Positions 30,905 to 41,134 are shown, numbered from the stretch's first letter. The stretch is DNA of 64,000 nucleotides from Polyangiaceae bacterium (GCA_019637265.1 JAHBVY010000010.1:2151-66150), one strand, 5' to 3'. Notes: a model not told the origin generated them from the sequence alone. Made by a program: numbers and translations.

Positions 30905-33097
30905 ATGAACTTTGAGCTCTCCACCTTCGTGATAGGCATCGGCGCGATCGCCGCCGTGGTCATCGGCCTGCTGCTCTTGGTCACCCGCTTCTACCGGAAG
31001 GTGGACCAGGGGCAGGCGCTGATCGTCAACACCATGCGCGCCGAGCCGATCGTCACCTTCACCGGCAAGGTCGTGATCCCGGTGTTCCACCGCGCGGAGG
31101 TGATGGACATCTCGGTGAAGAGCATCGACCTCGACCGCCGCGGCCAAGAGGGCCTCATCTGCAAGGATAATATCCGCGCGGATATCAAGGTGACCTTCTT
31201 CGTGCGCGTCAACAAGACGAGCCAAGACGTGCTGAAGGTGGCGCAGTCGATCGGCAGCCGCCGCGCCAGCCACCAAGACACGCTGGAGCAGCTCTTCAAC
31301 GCCAAGTTCGGCGAGGCGCTGAAGACGGTGGGTAAGTGGCTCGAGTTCGAGGAGCTCTACACCAAGCGCGAGGAGTTCCGTGACCGCATCATCGAGGTCA
31401 TCGGCAAGGACCTGAACGGCTTCGTCTTGGAGGACGCCGCCATCGACTACCTGGAGCAGACCTCGCTCGCCTCGCTCGACCCCTCCAACATCTTGGACTC
31501 GCAGGGCATCCGGAAGATCACCGAGATGACCGCGCACATGAACGTCAAGACCAACGAGCTCAAGCAGGAGGAGCGCAAGGCCATCCACAAGAAGAACGTG
31601 GAGGCCCAAGAGACCATCCTCGAGCTCGAGCGTCAGCAGGCGGACGCGGAGGCCAAGCAGCAGCGTGAGATCGCCACGCTGCGCGCCCGCGAAGAGGCGG
31701 AGACGCTGAAGATTCAGGCGGAGGAGCGCCGGCGCTGGGAGCTCGCGCGCATCAAGCAAGAGGAAGAGGTCGCCATCCAGAACGAGAACCGCCTGCGTCA
31801 GGTGGAGGTCGCTCAGAAGAACCGCGAGCGCGTGGTGGGCGTGGAGTCCGAGCGCGTCGAGAAGGATCGCGCGCTCGAGGCCATCAGCCGCGAGCGTGAG
31901 GTGGAGCTGCAGCGCATCGAGAAGGAGAAGGCGCTGGAGGTGGAGCGCAAGCACATCGCCGACGTGGTGGCGGCGCGCATCGCCGTCGAGAAGTCCGTCG
32001 CGGAGGAGGAGGAGCGCATCAAGGATTTGCGCGTGATCGCCGAGGCCAAGCGCCTGCGGGAGTCCGTGGTGATCAGCGCCGAGGCCGCCGCGCAAGAGAA
32101 GGTCACCCACAAGCTGAAGGAGGCGGAGGCCGAGGAGGTGGCGGCGCGCCACCAGGCCAAGCGCACCCTCACCCTGGCGGAGGCGGATTTCGAGGCCTCG
32201 GACAAGCAGGCGCGCGCGAAGATCCGGCTGGCCGAGGCGACCCAGGCGGAGGTCGCCGCGGCGGGCCTCGCCGAGGTGAAGGTCAAGGAAGCTGACGCCA
32301 TCGCGATCGAGAAGGTGGGCACCGCGCAGGCGCGGATCACCCTGGAGACGATGCAGGCCGAGGCCAAGGGCGAAGAGGAGAAGGGGATGGTCACCGTCCG
32401 CCTGCGCAACGCCGACGCCGAGGCGGTGGAGCGCGTGGGCAAGGCCGAGGCGCTGGCCAAGCGCGAGATGCTGCTCGCCGAGGCTCAGGGCGAGGAGAGC
32501 AAGGGCCTCGCGGCCGCCAAGATCAAGGAGGCGGACGCCGCCGCGACGGAGAAGCTGGGCGCCGCCGAGGCCGTCGCCATCCGCGAGAAGATGTCGGCGG
32601 AGGCCGTCGGGCTGCGGGAGAAGGCCGCCGCGATGCAGGCGCTGGACCCGCAGAGCCGCGCCCACGAGGAGTACCGCCTGCGCATCGACAAGGCGACCGA
32701 GGTGGAGCTCGCCGCGCTCCAGACGCGCCAGCAGATCGCGGAGCACCAGGCCAAGGTGCTCGGCTCCGCCATGGGCCAGGCGAAGATCAACATCGTGGGC
32801 GGGGACGGTCAGTTCTTGGACCGCTTCTTCAAGACGGTGAGCCTGGGCGTCTCGGCCGACGGCGCCCTCGATCAGAGCGACTCGCTGAAGAGCGTGTTCC
32901 GCGAATACTTGGACGGCGACGCCAGCCTGCGGGAGGACGTGAAGCAGGTGCTGAGCAGCCCCGGCTTCAGCAGCGAGGCGCTGAAGAACCTCTCCATCGC
33001 TGGGGTGCTCCACAAGCTGATGGGTGAGCTCAGCGACGAGGAGCGCCCGAAGCTCGCGGCGCTGCTCGAGCGCGCCAAGGAGCTCGGCCTGAAGTAG
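30905..33097 (+). CDS. flotillin-family SPFH/band-7 protein (YqiK-like)
   Basis: N-terminal TM anchor, an SPFH domain ('VVIPVFHRAEVMDISVKSIDLDRRGQEGLICKDNIRADIKVTFFVRVN'), and a very long Glu/Ala/Lys-rich coiled coil of EA-repeat flotillin type. Start is placed at the internal ATG (MNFELSTF). Confidence 0.85.
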   Translation: MNFELSTFVIGIGAIAAVVIGLLLLVTRFYRKVDQGQALIVNTMRAEPIVTFTGKVVIPVFHRAEVMDISVKSIDLDRRGQEGLICKDNIRADIKVTFFVRVNKTSQDVLKVAQSIGSRRASHQDTLEQLFNAKFGEALKTVGKWLEFEELYTKREEFRDRIIEVIGKDLNGFVLEDAAIDYLEQTSLASLDPSNILDSQGIRKITEMTAHMNVKTNELKQEERKAIHKKNVEAQETILELERQQADAEAKQQREIATLRAREEAETLKIQAEERRRWELARIKQEEEVAIQNENRLRQVEVAQKNRERVVGVESERVEKDRALEAISREREVELQRIEKEKALEVERKHIADVVAARIAVEKSVAEEEERIKDLRVIAEAKRLRESVVISAEAAAQEKVTHKLKEAEAEEVAARHQAKRTLTLAEADFEASDKQARAKIRLAEATQAEVAAAGLAEVKVKEADAIAIEKVGTAQARITLETMQAEAKGEEEKGMVTVRLRNADAEAVERVGKAEALAKREMLLAEAQGEESKGLAAAKIKEADAAATEKLGAAEAVAIREKMSAEAVGLREKAAAMQALDPQSRAHEEYRLRIDKATEVELAALQTRQQIAEHQAKVLGSAMGQAKINIVGGDGQFLDRFFKTVSLGVSADGALDQSDSLKSVFREYLDGDASLREDVKQVLSSPGFSSEALKNLSIAGVLHKLMGELSDEERPKLAALLERAKELGLK

Positions 33098-33186
33098 CGC
33101 CCTGGGCGGCGCGTTTCGGGTGCAGCCCCTAGCTGTTGGATTCGAGGCGCGCCGATGGCGACCCCTGCAAGTCAGGTACCCTGAGC

Positions 33187-36100
33187 ATGGCGGACACAGA
33201 CAACAAGCCGGCGGGCGGCGCGGAGGTCGAGGGCGGCAGCTACGAGATCATCCGCGCGCGGCTCTTGGAGCAGGCGCGTCGCTTGGGCGAGCGCGCCGAG
33301 CAGCTGAACGAGCGGCGCCGCGAGACCTTCGGTGGTCAGGAGCTCACCCTACTTGGCAACGAGCGCGTGCGCACCGCCAACAACTGCGTGCCGCGCGACA
33401 TCGTGATGGTCCAGGGCAAGCTGCTGTTCGGCTACAACGTGTTCATCGGGCTCCGCACCGAGACGCAGGTGTCGGACGTGCTGAGCCTGCACCGCTTCGT
33501 CAAGTCAGATGACGGCTTCGACGTGGGGGAGCTCCCGGCGGACGCTCCCGCGCGACAGTTCCTGGAGGACGCGCGCTTCCAAGAGCACTTCGTCGAGCTC
33601 TACAAATACTACAAGGACGCGCGCCTGATTCAGCTGTCCCGCGGGGACGGCAAGCTGCTCGCGGTGTTCCAAATTGGCGGGGGCATCGACGACATCCGCG
33701 TCTTCCGCTGGACGCTCGATGCGAGCGGGCAAGCGAGCTACGTCGATAACCGCGGGGAGCGCGACTACACCTTCCCGCCGGCGCAGGACTTCGAGTGGAC
33801 GACCACCACGCGCGATCAGCACGTGGGCGGCAAGCACCCCCACATCAACATCCTGGATGAGGTGTTCGTCGAGTGCAGCGACGGCGACCTCACCATCAAG
33901 ATCGAGGACAACACCGAGACGGGGAAGGGCATCTACGCCGAGCCGGTGGACGAGCCGCGCCAGGCCCTGGACGATGGTCAGTTTGCCTATGCAAAACTCG
34001 GCCACCTGATCCTCTTGAAGGTGCTGCCGTACAACGAGCGCATTTGGCGCTACCTGGTGTACGCCACGCGGCCGCGCACCGTGGTGCGCATCGACGCCAT
34101 CGGCACCGCCTGCGTGCAGCTCCCGGAGGACCACGGCGTCATCTTCCCGGGCGGCTACGTGCTGATGGATGGTCAGCACAAAGTCTTTGATGGCGATTTC
34201 ACGGGCTACGTCTTCAAGCGCCTGGTGCGCTCCCCCAACGGCGAAGACGTGCTGTACGTCTTCTACCACCGCGCGACGGGTCAGTACGCGCTCTTCTCCT
34301 ACAACCTCATCCGCAAAGAGGTTCAAAATCCCATCCTCTGCACCGGCTACACGCTGTTCGACGACGGGCGGCTCGTCGTGTTCCGGCAGTCATCGGACGA
34401 GGCCACGCGCGTCCACCCGATGCAGTTCTGGCAGACACCGTTCGTCTCTCAGGAGTACGCCGCGGCGCAGCCAGCCAAGGGCGGCGCCTTGGGTAAGATC
34501 GGCAACGCCGAGCTGGTGCACGGCATCAGCGACTGCCTGAGCATCCGCCGCATGATCGCCGAGACGGAGCCCACTCGGCAGATCTACGAGGACCTGATCG
34601 GCGCGGTGGTCCGCGCTCAGGACGACTACTTCTGGCTCGGTCAGGAGGAGGCGCTCGATCTCCTCTCGGTGCTCACCGAGATCAAGAGCACCGCCGAGCT
34701 CATCGTCGATGAGTTCGACAAAGTCACCGCCATCAAGCAGCGCGCCGTCACCGCCCTGAGCGAGGCGGTGGCCAAGCAAGAGGCGCTGCTCACCGGCATC
34801 CGCCCCGGCTCCTTCACCCGCGTGGAGCAGTTCATGAGCGCCCTCACGGAGCTCAGGAACCAGCGCGGGCACCTGATCGGGCTGCGTGAGCTGCGCTACA
34901 TGGACACGGAGCGCGTCGTCGAGCTCGAGCAGCGGGTGGTGCAAGAGTTCGATCTGGTGAGCCGCGCCACGGCGGACTTCCTCCAGGGAGACGCCGCCCT
35001 CGCGCCGCTCACCCAGCAGCTCACGGAGCTGCTCGAGGCGATCGAGCAGGTGACCAAGACGCCCGAGCTCGTCCCGCTCGCCGAGCGCGTGGAGGCGACC
35101 GGCGAAGGGCTCACGGTGATGAGCGAGGTGGTGGGCACGCTGGAGGTGGCGGACCCCACGGCGCGCACCGAGATCCTCGAGCGCATCAGCGAGGTGTTCG
35201 GCGGGCTCAACCGCGTGCGCGCCACGCTGCACAGCCGCCGCCGCGCGCTGCAGTCCGCGGAGGGGCAAGCGGAGTTCGCCGCGCAGTTCAAGCTGCTCGG
35301 CCAGAACGTGCAGAGCAGCATCAGCCTGGCGGACACGCCGGTGGCCTGTGAAGAGCAGCTCGCGCGCCTGATGGTGCAGCTCGAGGAGCTCGAGGCGAAG
35401 TTCAGTGAGTTCGACGACTTCGTCGCGGAGCTCGCCGGCAAGCGCGATGAGATCTACGAGGCCTTCAACCAGAAGAAGCAGCAGCTGCTCGACGAGCGCG
35501 CCCGGCGCGCCCAGAACTTAGTCCAGGCAGCTGACCGCATCCTGAGCGGCGTCGCGCGGCGGAGCCTCACCTTCACCGACGACCAGTCGCTGAACGCGTA
35601 CTTCGCCAGCGACCCCATGGTGCTCAAGGTGCGCGACCTCGCGGCGCGCCTGACGGAGCTGGAGGAGGCGCCCAAGGCCGATGAGCTCGAGTCCCGGCTC
35701 AAGCAGGCGCGCCAAGACGCGCTGCGCGGGCTGCGGGACCGCTCGGAGCTGTTCGAAGGCAGCGGCGGCGCCGAGCTGATCCGCCTGGGGCGGCACCGCT
35801 TCTCCGTCAATAGTCAGACGATCGAGCTGACCTTGCTGCCCACCAGCTCCGAGTCGGGCCAGGTGGAGATGATGCTGTCCCTCACCGGGACGGACTTCCG
35901 CGAGCCGGTGGACGACCCGGAGTTCAACCGCTACCGCGACTACTGGGAGCAACAGCTCGTCAGCGAAACGAATGAAGTGTACCGCGGCGAGTACCTGGCC
36001 GCGCTGATCCTGAGGCAAGCTTCGCGAGGCGAAGAGGGCCTCAGCATCCAAGCGCTGCACGACGCGGAGCGCACCGAAGGCAGCCTGGAGGAGCTGGTGC

Positions 36101-38502
36101 GCCGCATCGCCGCCGCGCGCTACGACGAGGGCTATGAGCGCGGCCTGCACGACGCGGACGCCGCCAAGATCTTGCGCGGCGTGCTCACGCTGCGTGAGTC
36201 CGCGGGGCTGCTGCGCTTCTCCCCGGAGACCCGCGCGCTGGCGACCTGGTACTGGGCGAGCCTGGCGCGCGGGGGTGAGTCGGAGCGGCGCGCGCAGGGC
36301 TCTTGGCAGCGCCGCGCGCAGAGCCTGGGGCGGCTCTCGGAGCGGCTGGGGGACCGCGCGGGGCTCACGCAGCTAGCCACCGAGCTCACGCCGGCGCTCC
36401 GCGGTTTCGCGGAGGAGGTGGGGCTCACGGAGCTAGCGGAGCGCGCCGCCGCGGCCGCGAGTTACCTGGTGGAGGAGCTGGCGGCGGAGCGCGTGAGCTT
36501 CATCGTCAGTGAAGCTGCTCAAGAGCTGCGCTCGCGGCTGACGATGGAGCTCGATCAGAGCGGCGCGCTCGGCGCCTTCAAGGCGGATTTACAGCAGCTC
36601 GAGGGGGAGCCAGGCGCGCAGCTCCAGCTGGTGCGCGCGTGGCTCTCGGCGGTCGCGGAGCGCTCGTCGACGCCATCGCTGCAGCCGGGCGCCACGGGGC
36701 ACGCCCAGCCCATCGCGACCGAGGCCGCGGTGTTCATGCTGAGCGAACGGCTGGTCGATCACACGCCGAGCTCCGGGCGCACCGAGCTCGAGGTCACCGG
36801 GCTGCTCGGCGATCACCGCCGCCTGGCAAACGGCAGCCTCGCGCTCCGCATCGACGAGTTCGAGGCGCGCCTCGGCCACTTCCTCGACGTGCGAGTGCCG
36901 GGCTTCCGCGCCTTCCGCGCGGCGCGCCAGGCGCTGCTCGAGCGCGAGCGCGCGCGGCTCCGGCTCGACGAGTTCAAGCCGAAGGTGCTGAGCTCCTTCG
37001 TCCGCAACCGCCTGATCAACGAGGTGTACCTGCCGCTCATCGGTGACAACTTCGCCAAGCAGCTCGGCGCCGCGGGGGACGCGAAGCGCACCGACCTGAT
37101 GGGCATGCTGCTGCTCATCTCGCCGCCCGGCTACGGCAAGACCACGCTGATGGAGTACGTCGCGAGCCGGCTGGGGCTGGTGTTCATGAAGGTGAACGGC
37201 CCCGCGCTGGGCCACGCCGTGCACAGCCTGGATCCAAGCGAGGCGCCCAACGCCACCGCGCGCCAAGAGGTGGACAAGATCAACCTGGCGCTCGAGATGG
37301 GCAACAACGTGATGCTGTACCTGGATGACATCCAGCACACGCACCCCGAGCTGCTCCAGAAGTTCATCTCGCTCTGCGATGCGCAGCGCAGGATCGAGGG
37401 GGTTTGGCGAGGCAAAACACGCACCTACGACCTGCGCGGGAAGCGCTTCTGCGTGGTCATGGCCGGCAACCCCTACACGGAGTCCGGCGACAAATTCCAA
37501 ATCCCGGACATGCTCGCGAACCGCGCGGACACCTACAACCTGGGTGACGTCTTGGACGGTCGGGACGAGGTGTTCGCGCTCAGCTACATCGAGAACGCCG
37601 TCACCTCGAACAGCGTGCTGGCGCCGCTCGCCAGCCGCAGCCAGAAAGATCTCTACACCTTCATCCGCATCGCGAAGGGTGAAGAGGTGCCGTCATCCGA
37701 GCTGACGAGCGACTACTCCGCCGTGGAGGTCTCTGAGATTCGCGGGGTGCTCGAGCGCCTGTTCAAGGTGCAAGAGGTGCTGCTCAAGGTGAACCTGGCG
37801 TACATCGCCTCGGCGTCCATGGACGACAAGTTCCGCACGGAGCCGCCGTTCAAGCTCCAAGGCAGCTACCGCAACATGGCGAAGCTGGCGGAGAAGGTGG
37901 TCTCCGCCATGAACGACGCCGAGCTGGTGTCGCTCATCGACGATCACTACGCTGGGGAGTCACAAACCCTGACGAGCGGCGCCGAGCAGAACCTCTTGAA
38001 GCTGGCGGAGCTGCGCGGCACCTTGTCGCCGGAGCAAGCGGCGCGCTGGGCGGAGATCAAGCAGGGCTTCAAGCGCCACCTGGACCTCGGTGGCAGCGAT
38101 ACGGATCCGGTGGTGCGCGTCACCTCCCAGCTCACGAACCTCGCGGAGCAGCTGAGCTCGATCCGCGACACCATCAGCGGCGTCGCGGCCAAGAGCCCCG
38201 ATCAGCTGAGCTGGGTGCAGGCGCACGTGCAGGCGCTGAACGAGTCGCTCGCGCGCCTCACGGAGCCCAAGGTGGCGCTCACGGTGAAGAACGAAGCGCC
38301 GCCGCACATCGACGAGCTGCTGTCGATGCAGATCAAGGTCATGGAGCAAACGCTGGTGCCCTTCGTGCGCGTCGCCACCCAGCGGCTCGACGACAGTCAC
38401 CTGCTCCGAGAGCGCCTCGACGAGTTCATCGAGCAGGTCAAGGGGATCGACCTGCGACTCAAGGGCGCGCTCGGCCCCGGCTACGGCACGGACAAGCCGT
38501 GA
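33187..38502 (+). CDS. giant (~1770 aa) protein with a C-terminal MoxR/dynein-clade AAA+ ATPase domain; N-terminal ~1300 aa of unknown fold
   Basis: Walker A 'LISPPGYGKTTLMEY', Walker B 'NVMLYLDDIQ', and a sensor-1/helix-2-insert-like segment 'CVVMAGNPYTESGDKFQIPDMLANRADTYNL' that parallels the MoxR pattern ATQNP-E--G---LP-A-LDRF. There are long coiled-coil stretches in the N-terminal region. It is co-directional with, and 89 bp downstream of, the flotillin gene. Confidence 0.8.
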   Translation: MADTDNKPAGGAEVEGGSYEIIRARLLEQARRLGERAEQLNERRRETFGGQELTLLGNERVRTANNCVPRDIVMVQGKLLFGYNVFIGLRTETQVSDVLSLHRFVKSDDGFDVGELPADAPARQFLEDARFQEHFVELYKYYKDARLIQLSRGDGKLLAVFQIGGGIDDIRVFRWTLDASGQASYVDNRGERDYTFPPAQDFEWTTTTRDQHVGGKHPHINILDEVFVECSDGDLTIKIEDNTETGKGIYAEPVDEPRQALDDGQFAYAKLGHLILLKVLPYNERIWRYLVYATRPRTVVRIDAIGTACVQLPEDHGVIFPGGYVLMDGQHKVFDGDFTGYVFKRLVRSPNGEDVLYVFYHRATGQYALFSYNLIRKEVQNPILCTGYTLFDDGRLVVFRQSSDEATRVHPMQFWQTPFVSQEYAAAQPAKGGALGKIGNAELVHGISDCLSIRRMIAETEPTRQIYEDLIGAVVRAQDDYFWLGQEEALDLLSVLTEIKSTAELIVDEFDKVTAIKQRAVTALSEAVAKQEALLTGIRPGSFTRVEQFMSALTELRNQRGHLIGLRELRYMDTERVVELEQRVVQEFDLVSRATADFLQGDAALAPLTQQLTELLEAIEQVTKTPELVPLAERVEATGEGLTVMSEVVGTLEVADPTARTEILERISEVFGGLNRVRATLHSRRRALQSAEGQAEFAAQFKLLGQNVQSSISLADTPVACEEQLARLMVQLEELEAKFSEFDDFVAELAGKRDEIYEAFNQKKQQLLDERARRAQNLVQAADRILSGVARRSLTFTDDQSLNAYFASDPMVLKVRDLAARLTELEEAPKADELESRLKQARQDALRGLRDRSELFEGSGGAELIRLGRHRFSVNSQTIELTLLPTSSESGQVEMMLSLTGTDFREPVDDPEFNRYRDYWEQQLVSETNEVYRGEYLAALILRQASRGEEGLSIQALHDAERTEGSLEELVRRIAAARYDEGYERGLHDADAAKILRGVLTLRESAGLLRFSPETRALATWYWASLARGGESERRAQGSWQRRAQSLGRLSERLGDRAGLTQLATELTPALRGFAEEVGLTELAERAAAAASYLVEELAAERVSFIVSEAAQELRSRLTMELDQSGALGAFKADLQQLEGEPGAQLQLVRAWLSAVAERSSTPSLQPGATGHAQPIATEAAVFMLSERLVDHTPSSGRTELEVTGLLGDHRRLANGSLALRIDEFEARLGHFLDVRVPGFRAFRAARQALLERERARLRLDEFKPKVLSSFVRNRLINEVYLPLIGDNFAKQLGAAGDAKRTDLMGMLLLISPPGYGKTTLMEYVASRLGLVFMKVNGPALGHAVHSLDPSEAPNATARQEVDKINLALEMGNNVMLYLDDIQHTHPELLQKFISLCDAQRRIEGVWRGKTRTYDLRGKRFCVVMAGNPYTESGDKFQIPDMLANRADTYNLGDVLDGRDEVFALSYIENAVTSNSVLAPLASRSQKDLYTFIRIAKGEEVPSSELTSDYSAVEVSEIRGVLERLFKVQEVLLKVNLAYIASASMDDKFRTEPPFKLQGSYRNMAKLAEKVVSAMNDAELVSLIDDHYAGESQTLTSGAEQNLLKLAELRGTLSPEQAARWAEIKQGFKRHLDLGGSDTDPVVRVTSQLTNLAEQLSSIRDTISGVAAKSPDQLSWVQAHVQALNESLARLTEPKVALTVKNEAPPHIDELLSMQIKVMEQTLVPFVRVATQRLDDSHLLRERLDEFIEQVKGIDLRLKGALGPGYGTDKP

Positions 38503-38554
38503 GCATCGCGGAGCCTTCAACCGCGCGGCTTGGTTTGACACACGTCACTAGTAG

Positions 38555-38575
38555 GGGCGGGTTTCAAACCCGCCC
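38555..38575. terminator. perfect 21-bp palindrome GGGCGGGTTTCAAACCCGCCC (copy 1 of a dispersed hairpin element); possible terminator of the giant gene
   Basis: The 10-bp GC stem hairpin lies 53 bp after the 38502 stop. The 27-mer GTAGGGGCGGGTTTCAAACCCGCCCGC recurs at 51690 exactly, and with one deletion at 51559. Confidence 0.4.
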
Positions 38576-38626
38576 GCCGTCAGGTTACCGCTGCAGTGTC
38601 ACTGAAGAGCCGCTAAACTACTCGGC

Positions 38627-39628
38627 GTGAGCGCTCTGCCTTTCCATCGCCGCGCCGCGCCGCGCCGCTTCATCGCCCTGACGCTGTGCGCGGTGACGCT
38701 GAGCGCTTCGCCCCTGTGCCTCGCCAAGCCCACCTGGAAGGAGATCGCGACGGCGAATCGCCTGGCTGACGAGGGGCGCAAGGCCGAGGCCGCCGGCGAT
38801 TTCGAGTCCGCGCTGGCCGCGTTCGAGGAGTCCGGCCGGCTGCACGACACCCCCGCGAATCGACGGCGACTGGCGCGCGCCAAGGCGGGCCTGGGGCGCT
38901 TGCTCGAGGCGCGCAGCGAGCTGGCCCACGTGGTCGAGGACGCGAAGGCGCCGCGCGATCAGGTGCGCCGCGCGCAGGCGGAGCTCGAGGCGCTGAACGC
39001 TCGCATCCCCAAGCTGCGGCTCGACGTGGACGCCCAGTTCAGCGGCGAGATCGAGCTGAACGGCGAGCCCCTGACGAGCGACCAGGTGGAGATCGATCTC
39101 GACCCAGGCAGCCACAAGCTCTTCGCCGCGGAGGAGGGCTACCGCTCCCTGACGGAGAACTTCGAGCTCACCGAGGGTGAGCGCGTCACGCTGCGCGTCG
39201 CGCTGGAGCCGCTGCCGGTGGGGGCTCCGCCGGTGGCTCAGGACGCCGCCCCGCCAGAGAAGGACGGGATCTCGCAGCGCACCTGGGGCTACGTCAGCCT
39301 CGGCGTGGGCGTGGTGGGCGTCGCCGTGGGCGGCTACTTCGGCCTCTCCGCGCAGAGCACGCGCGACGACTTGCGCGACGCTTGCCCGAACGATCGCTGC
39401 CCAGCGGGGCTGCGCAGCCGCTACGACGAGGGCGAACGACAGGCGATGTGGTCCACCGTGGGCTTCATCATCGGCGGCGCGGGGCTGATCACGGGGGCCG
39501 CGCTGCTCCTCACCGCGCCCAAGACGACGGAGGGCGGAGCGAGCTCCAAGCGGGCGCCGCGGCCATCCGGTGTCACCTGGCACCCCGAGGTGGGCCTGAG
39601 CCGCCTCGGCGTTCAAGGGAGTTTCTAG
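38627..39628 (+). CDS. secreted protein with TPR-like N-terminus, a PEGA-like beta segment and C-terminal hydrophobic helices
   Basis: Signal peptide 'LTLCAVTLSASPLCLA' and a 'GEPLTSDQVEIDLDPGSHKLFAAEEGYRS' PEGA-like motif. Confidence 0.5.
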   Translation: MSALPFHRRAAPRRFIALTLCAVTLSASPLCLAKPTWKEIATANRLADEGRKAEAAGDFESALAAFEESGRLHDTPANRRRLARAKAGLGRLLEARSELAHVVEDAKAPRDQVRRAQAELEALNARIPKLRLDVDAQFSGEIELNGEPLTSDQVEIDLDPGSHKLFAAEEGYRSLTENFELTEGERVTLRVALEPLPVGAPPVAQDAAPPEKDGISQRTWGYVSLGVGVVGVAVGGYFGLSAQSTRDDLRDACPNDRCPAGLRSRYDEGERQAMWSTVGFIIGGAGLITGAALLLTAPKTTEGGASSKRAPRPSGVTWHPEVGLSRLGVQGSF

Positions 39629-39629
39629 G

Positions 39630-41015
39630 ATGAAACACGCAAGCTGGCGGACGGTCTTGGTGAGCAGCGCGTGGCTCGGCGCCCTGGGCTGCGCGGATCT
39701 CCTCGACTACGACTCCATCGAGTTCGAAGAGACCGGGGGCACCGGGAGCGGCGCGGTCAGCGGCAGCGGCGGTGACGGCGGCAGCAGCGGGGTGGGCGCG
39801 AGCGGCGGCGACGCGGGCAGCGGCGCGATGGGTGGCAGTGGCGCAGCGGGCGGCAGTGGCGCAGCGGGCGGCAGTGGCGCAGCGGGCGGCACCGGCGCCG
39901 TGGGCGGCACCGGCGCGACCGGTGGCGACGGCGGCAGCGGCGCGGCGGGTGGCACCGGCGCGGCGGGTGGCGCCGGCGCGGCGGGTGGCGCCGGCGCGGC
40001 GGGCGGCTCGGGTGCGACCGGCGGCAGTGGTGGGAGCAGTGGGGGCGGCGTCGGCGGCTCGGGGCCCGTGGGCCCGTGTGACGGCGTCAGCTGCGGCAGC
40101 GATCAGTACTGCGACCCCAGCGACGCTCAGTGCCACTGCCTTCCAGGGTGGACGGCGTCGGGCGGCAGCTGCACCCCGAACCTCCCGGGGGATCCGCTCG
40201 CTCACACCGAAGCGCAGGTGTGCGATATGTGGCGCTGGGGGCAAACCGTCACCGACTCCAGCCCCTGGACCTCGGGGGGCAGCCAGTGTGACCCTGGCAC
40301 GCTGTCACGCGCCGGCTTGAACGACACCGTGCGGCGCTTGAACATGTTCCGCTGGCTCGTCGGTTTAGGACCTACGGCTGACGAAGCCTCACGCAACGAG
40401 ACCAACCGTTGGTGCGCGGTGCTCGCTTCGTGGAACCCACCGGGCACCGTGCCTGACGCGCACCATCCGCCGCCGGGCTCGACTTGCTACACGGAAACGG
40501 GCCTCGCTGGCACCAGCAGCTCGAACCTCGCCTGGGGCTCGGGTCACCCCGCGAACGCCATCGACCAGTTCGTCGAGGACTGGGGTGTGCCCTCGCTCGG
40601 ACACCGCCGCTGGATCTTCAATCCACCGCTCGGCCCCGTGGGCATCGGTTACTACGGGGGCGGCGGCAGCTACGGCAACGCGCAGTGCCTGGGCGTGTTC
40701 TCCTCGAGCTTCAGCTTCCCCAGCCCGCAGTGGACCTCGTGGCCACCCCCTGGGTACAGCCCCTCCGCGGCGTTCCGTTGGCCCTGGAGCTTCCACTACC
40801 GAGGCAGCCTGAGCGGCGCCACGGTGCGGGTGGTGCGCGACAGCGACGGCCAGGAGATGAGCGTCACCACGGAGAACCTCACGGGCGGTTACGGCTCGTA
40901 CACCACCCTGTCCATCTCCATCAGCCCAGCGCCCTCCGTCAGTGAAACTTACACAGTGACGGTCACCACCTCGAGCGAGGTCATCACCTACCCGCTGCGC
41001 CCCGTGAGCTGCTGA
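39630..41015 (+). CDS. lipoprotein with a Gly-rich linker and a CAP (SCP/PR-1) domain
   Basis: Lipobox 'LGALGCAD', ~130 aa of GGSG/GGAG repeats, a Cys-rich module, and CAP-domain motifs ('NDTVRRLNMFRWLVGLGP', 'HRRWIFNPPLGPVGIGYY'). Confidence 0.65.
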   Translation: MKHASWRTVLVSSAWLGALGCADLLDYDSIEFEETGGTGSGAVSGSGGDGGSSGVGASGGDAGSGAMGGSGAAGGSGAAGGSGAAGGTGAVGGTGATGGDGGSGAAGGTGAAGGAGAAGGAGAAGGSGATGGSGGSSGGGVGGSGPVGPCDGVSCGSDQYCDPSDAQCHCLPGWTASGGSCTPNLPGDPLAHTEAQVCDMWRWGQTVTDSSPWTSGGSQCDPGTLSRAGLNDTVRRLNMFRWLVGLGPTADEASRNETNRWCAVLASWNPPGTVPDAHHPPPGSTCYTETGLAGTSSSNLAWGSGHPANAIDQFVEDWGVPSLGHRRWIFNPPLGPVGIGYYGGGGSYGNAQCLGVFSSSFSFPSPQWTSWPPPGYSPSAAFRWPWSFHYRGSLSGATVRVVRDSDGQEMSVTTENLTGGYGSYTTLSISISPAPSVSETYTVTVTTSSEVITYPLRPVSC

Positions 41016-41134
41016 GCGCCTCGCACATCAGCCAGAGCAGCCACGAGCAGAGCAGGATCGGGGGGTTGGTCCAGCCGGGGCGTGCGCCGCGCGTCACCGC
41101 AGTCACCGGAGGGATGAGCGCGCACGGCGAAGCG

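Noticed and set aside
33505-35268. Minus-strand ORFs of 273 and 292 aa inside the giant gene
   Set aside because: They are antisense to a gene that shows consistent coding periodicity and a recognisable AAA+ domain. They are Arg/Ala/Leu-rich artefacts.
38555-38575. tRNA T-arm-like sequence (GGGCGGG TTTCAAA CCCGCCC)
   Set aside because: The loop does not fit the GTTCRANYC consensus. No acceptor, D-arm or anticodon arm surrounds it. The identical element recurs as an intergenic repeat.
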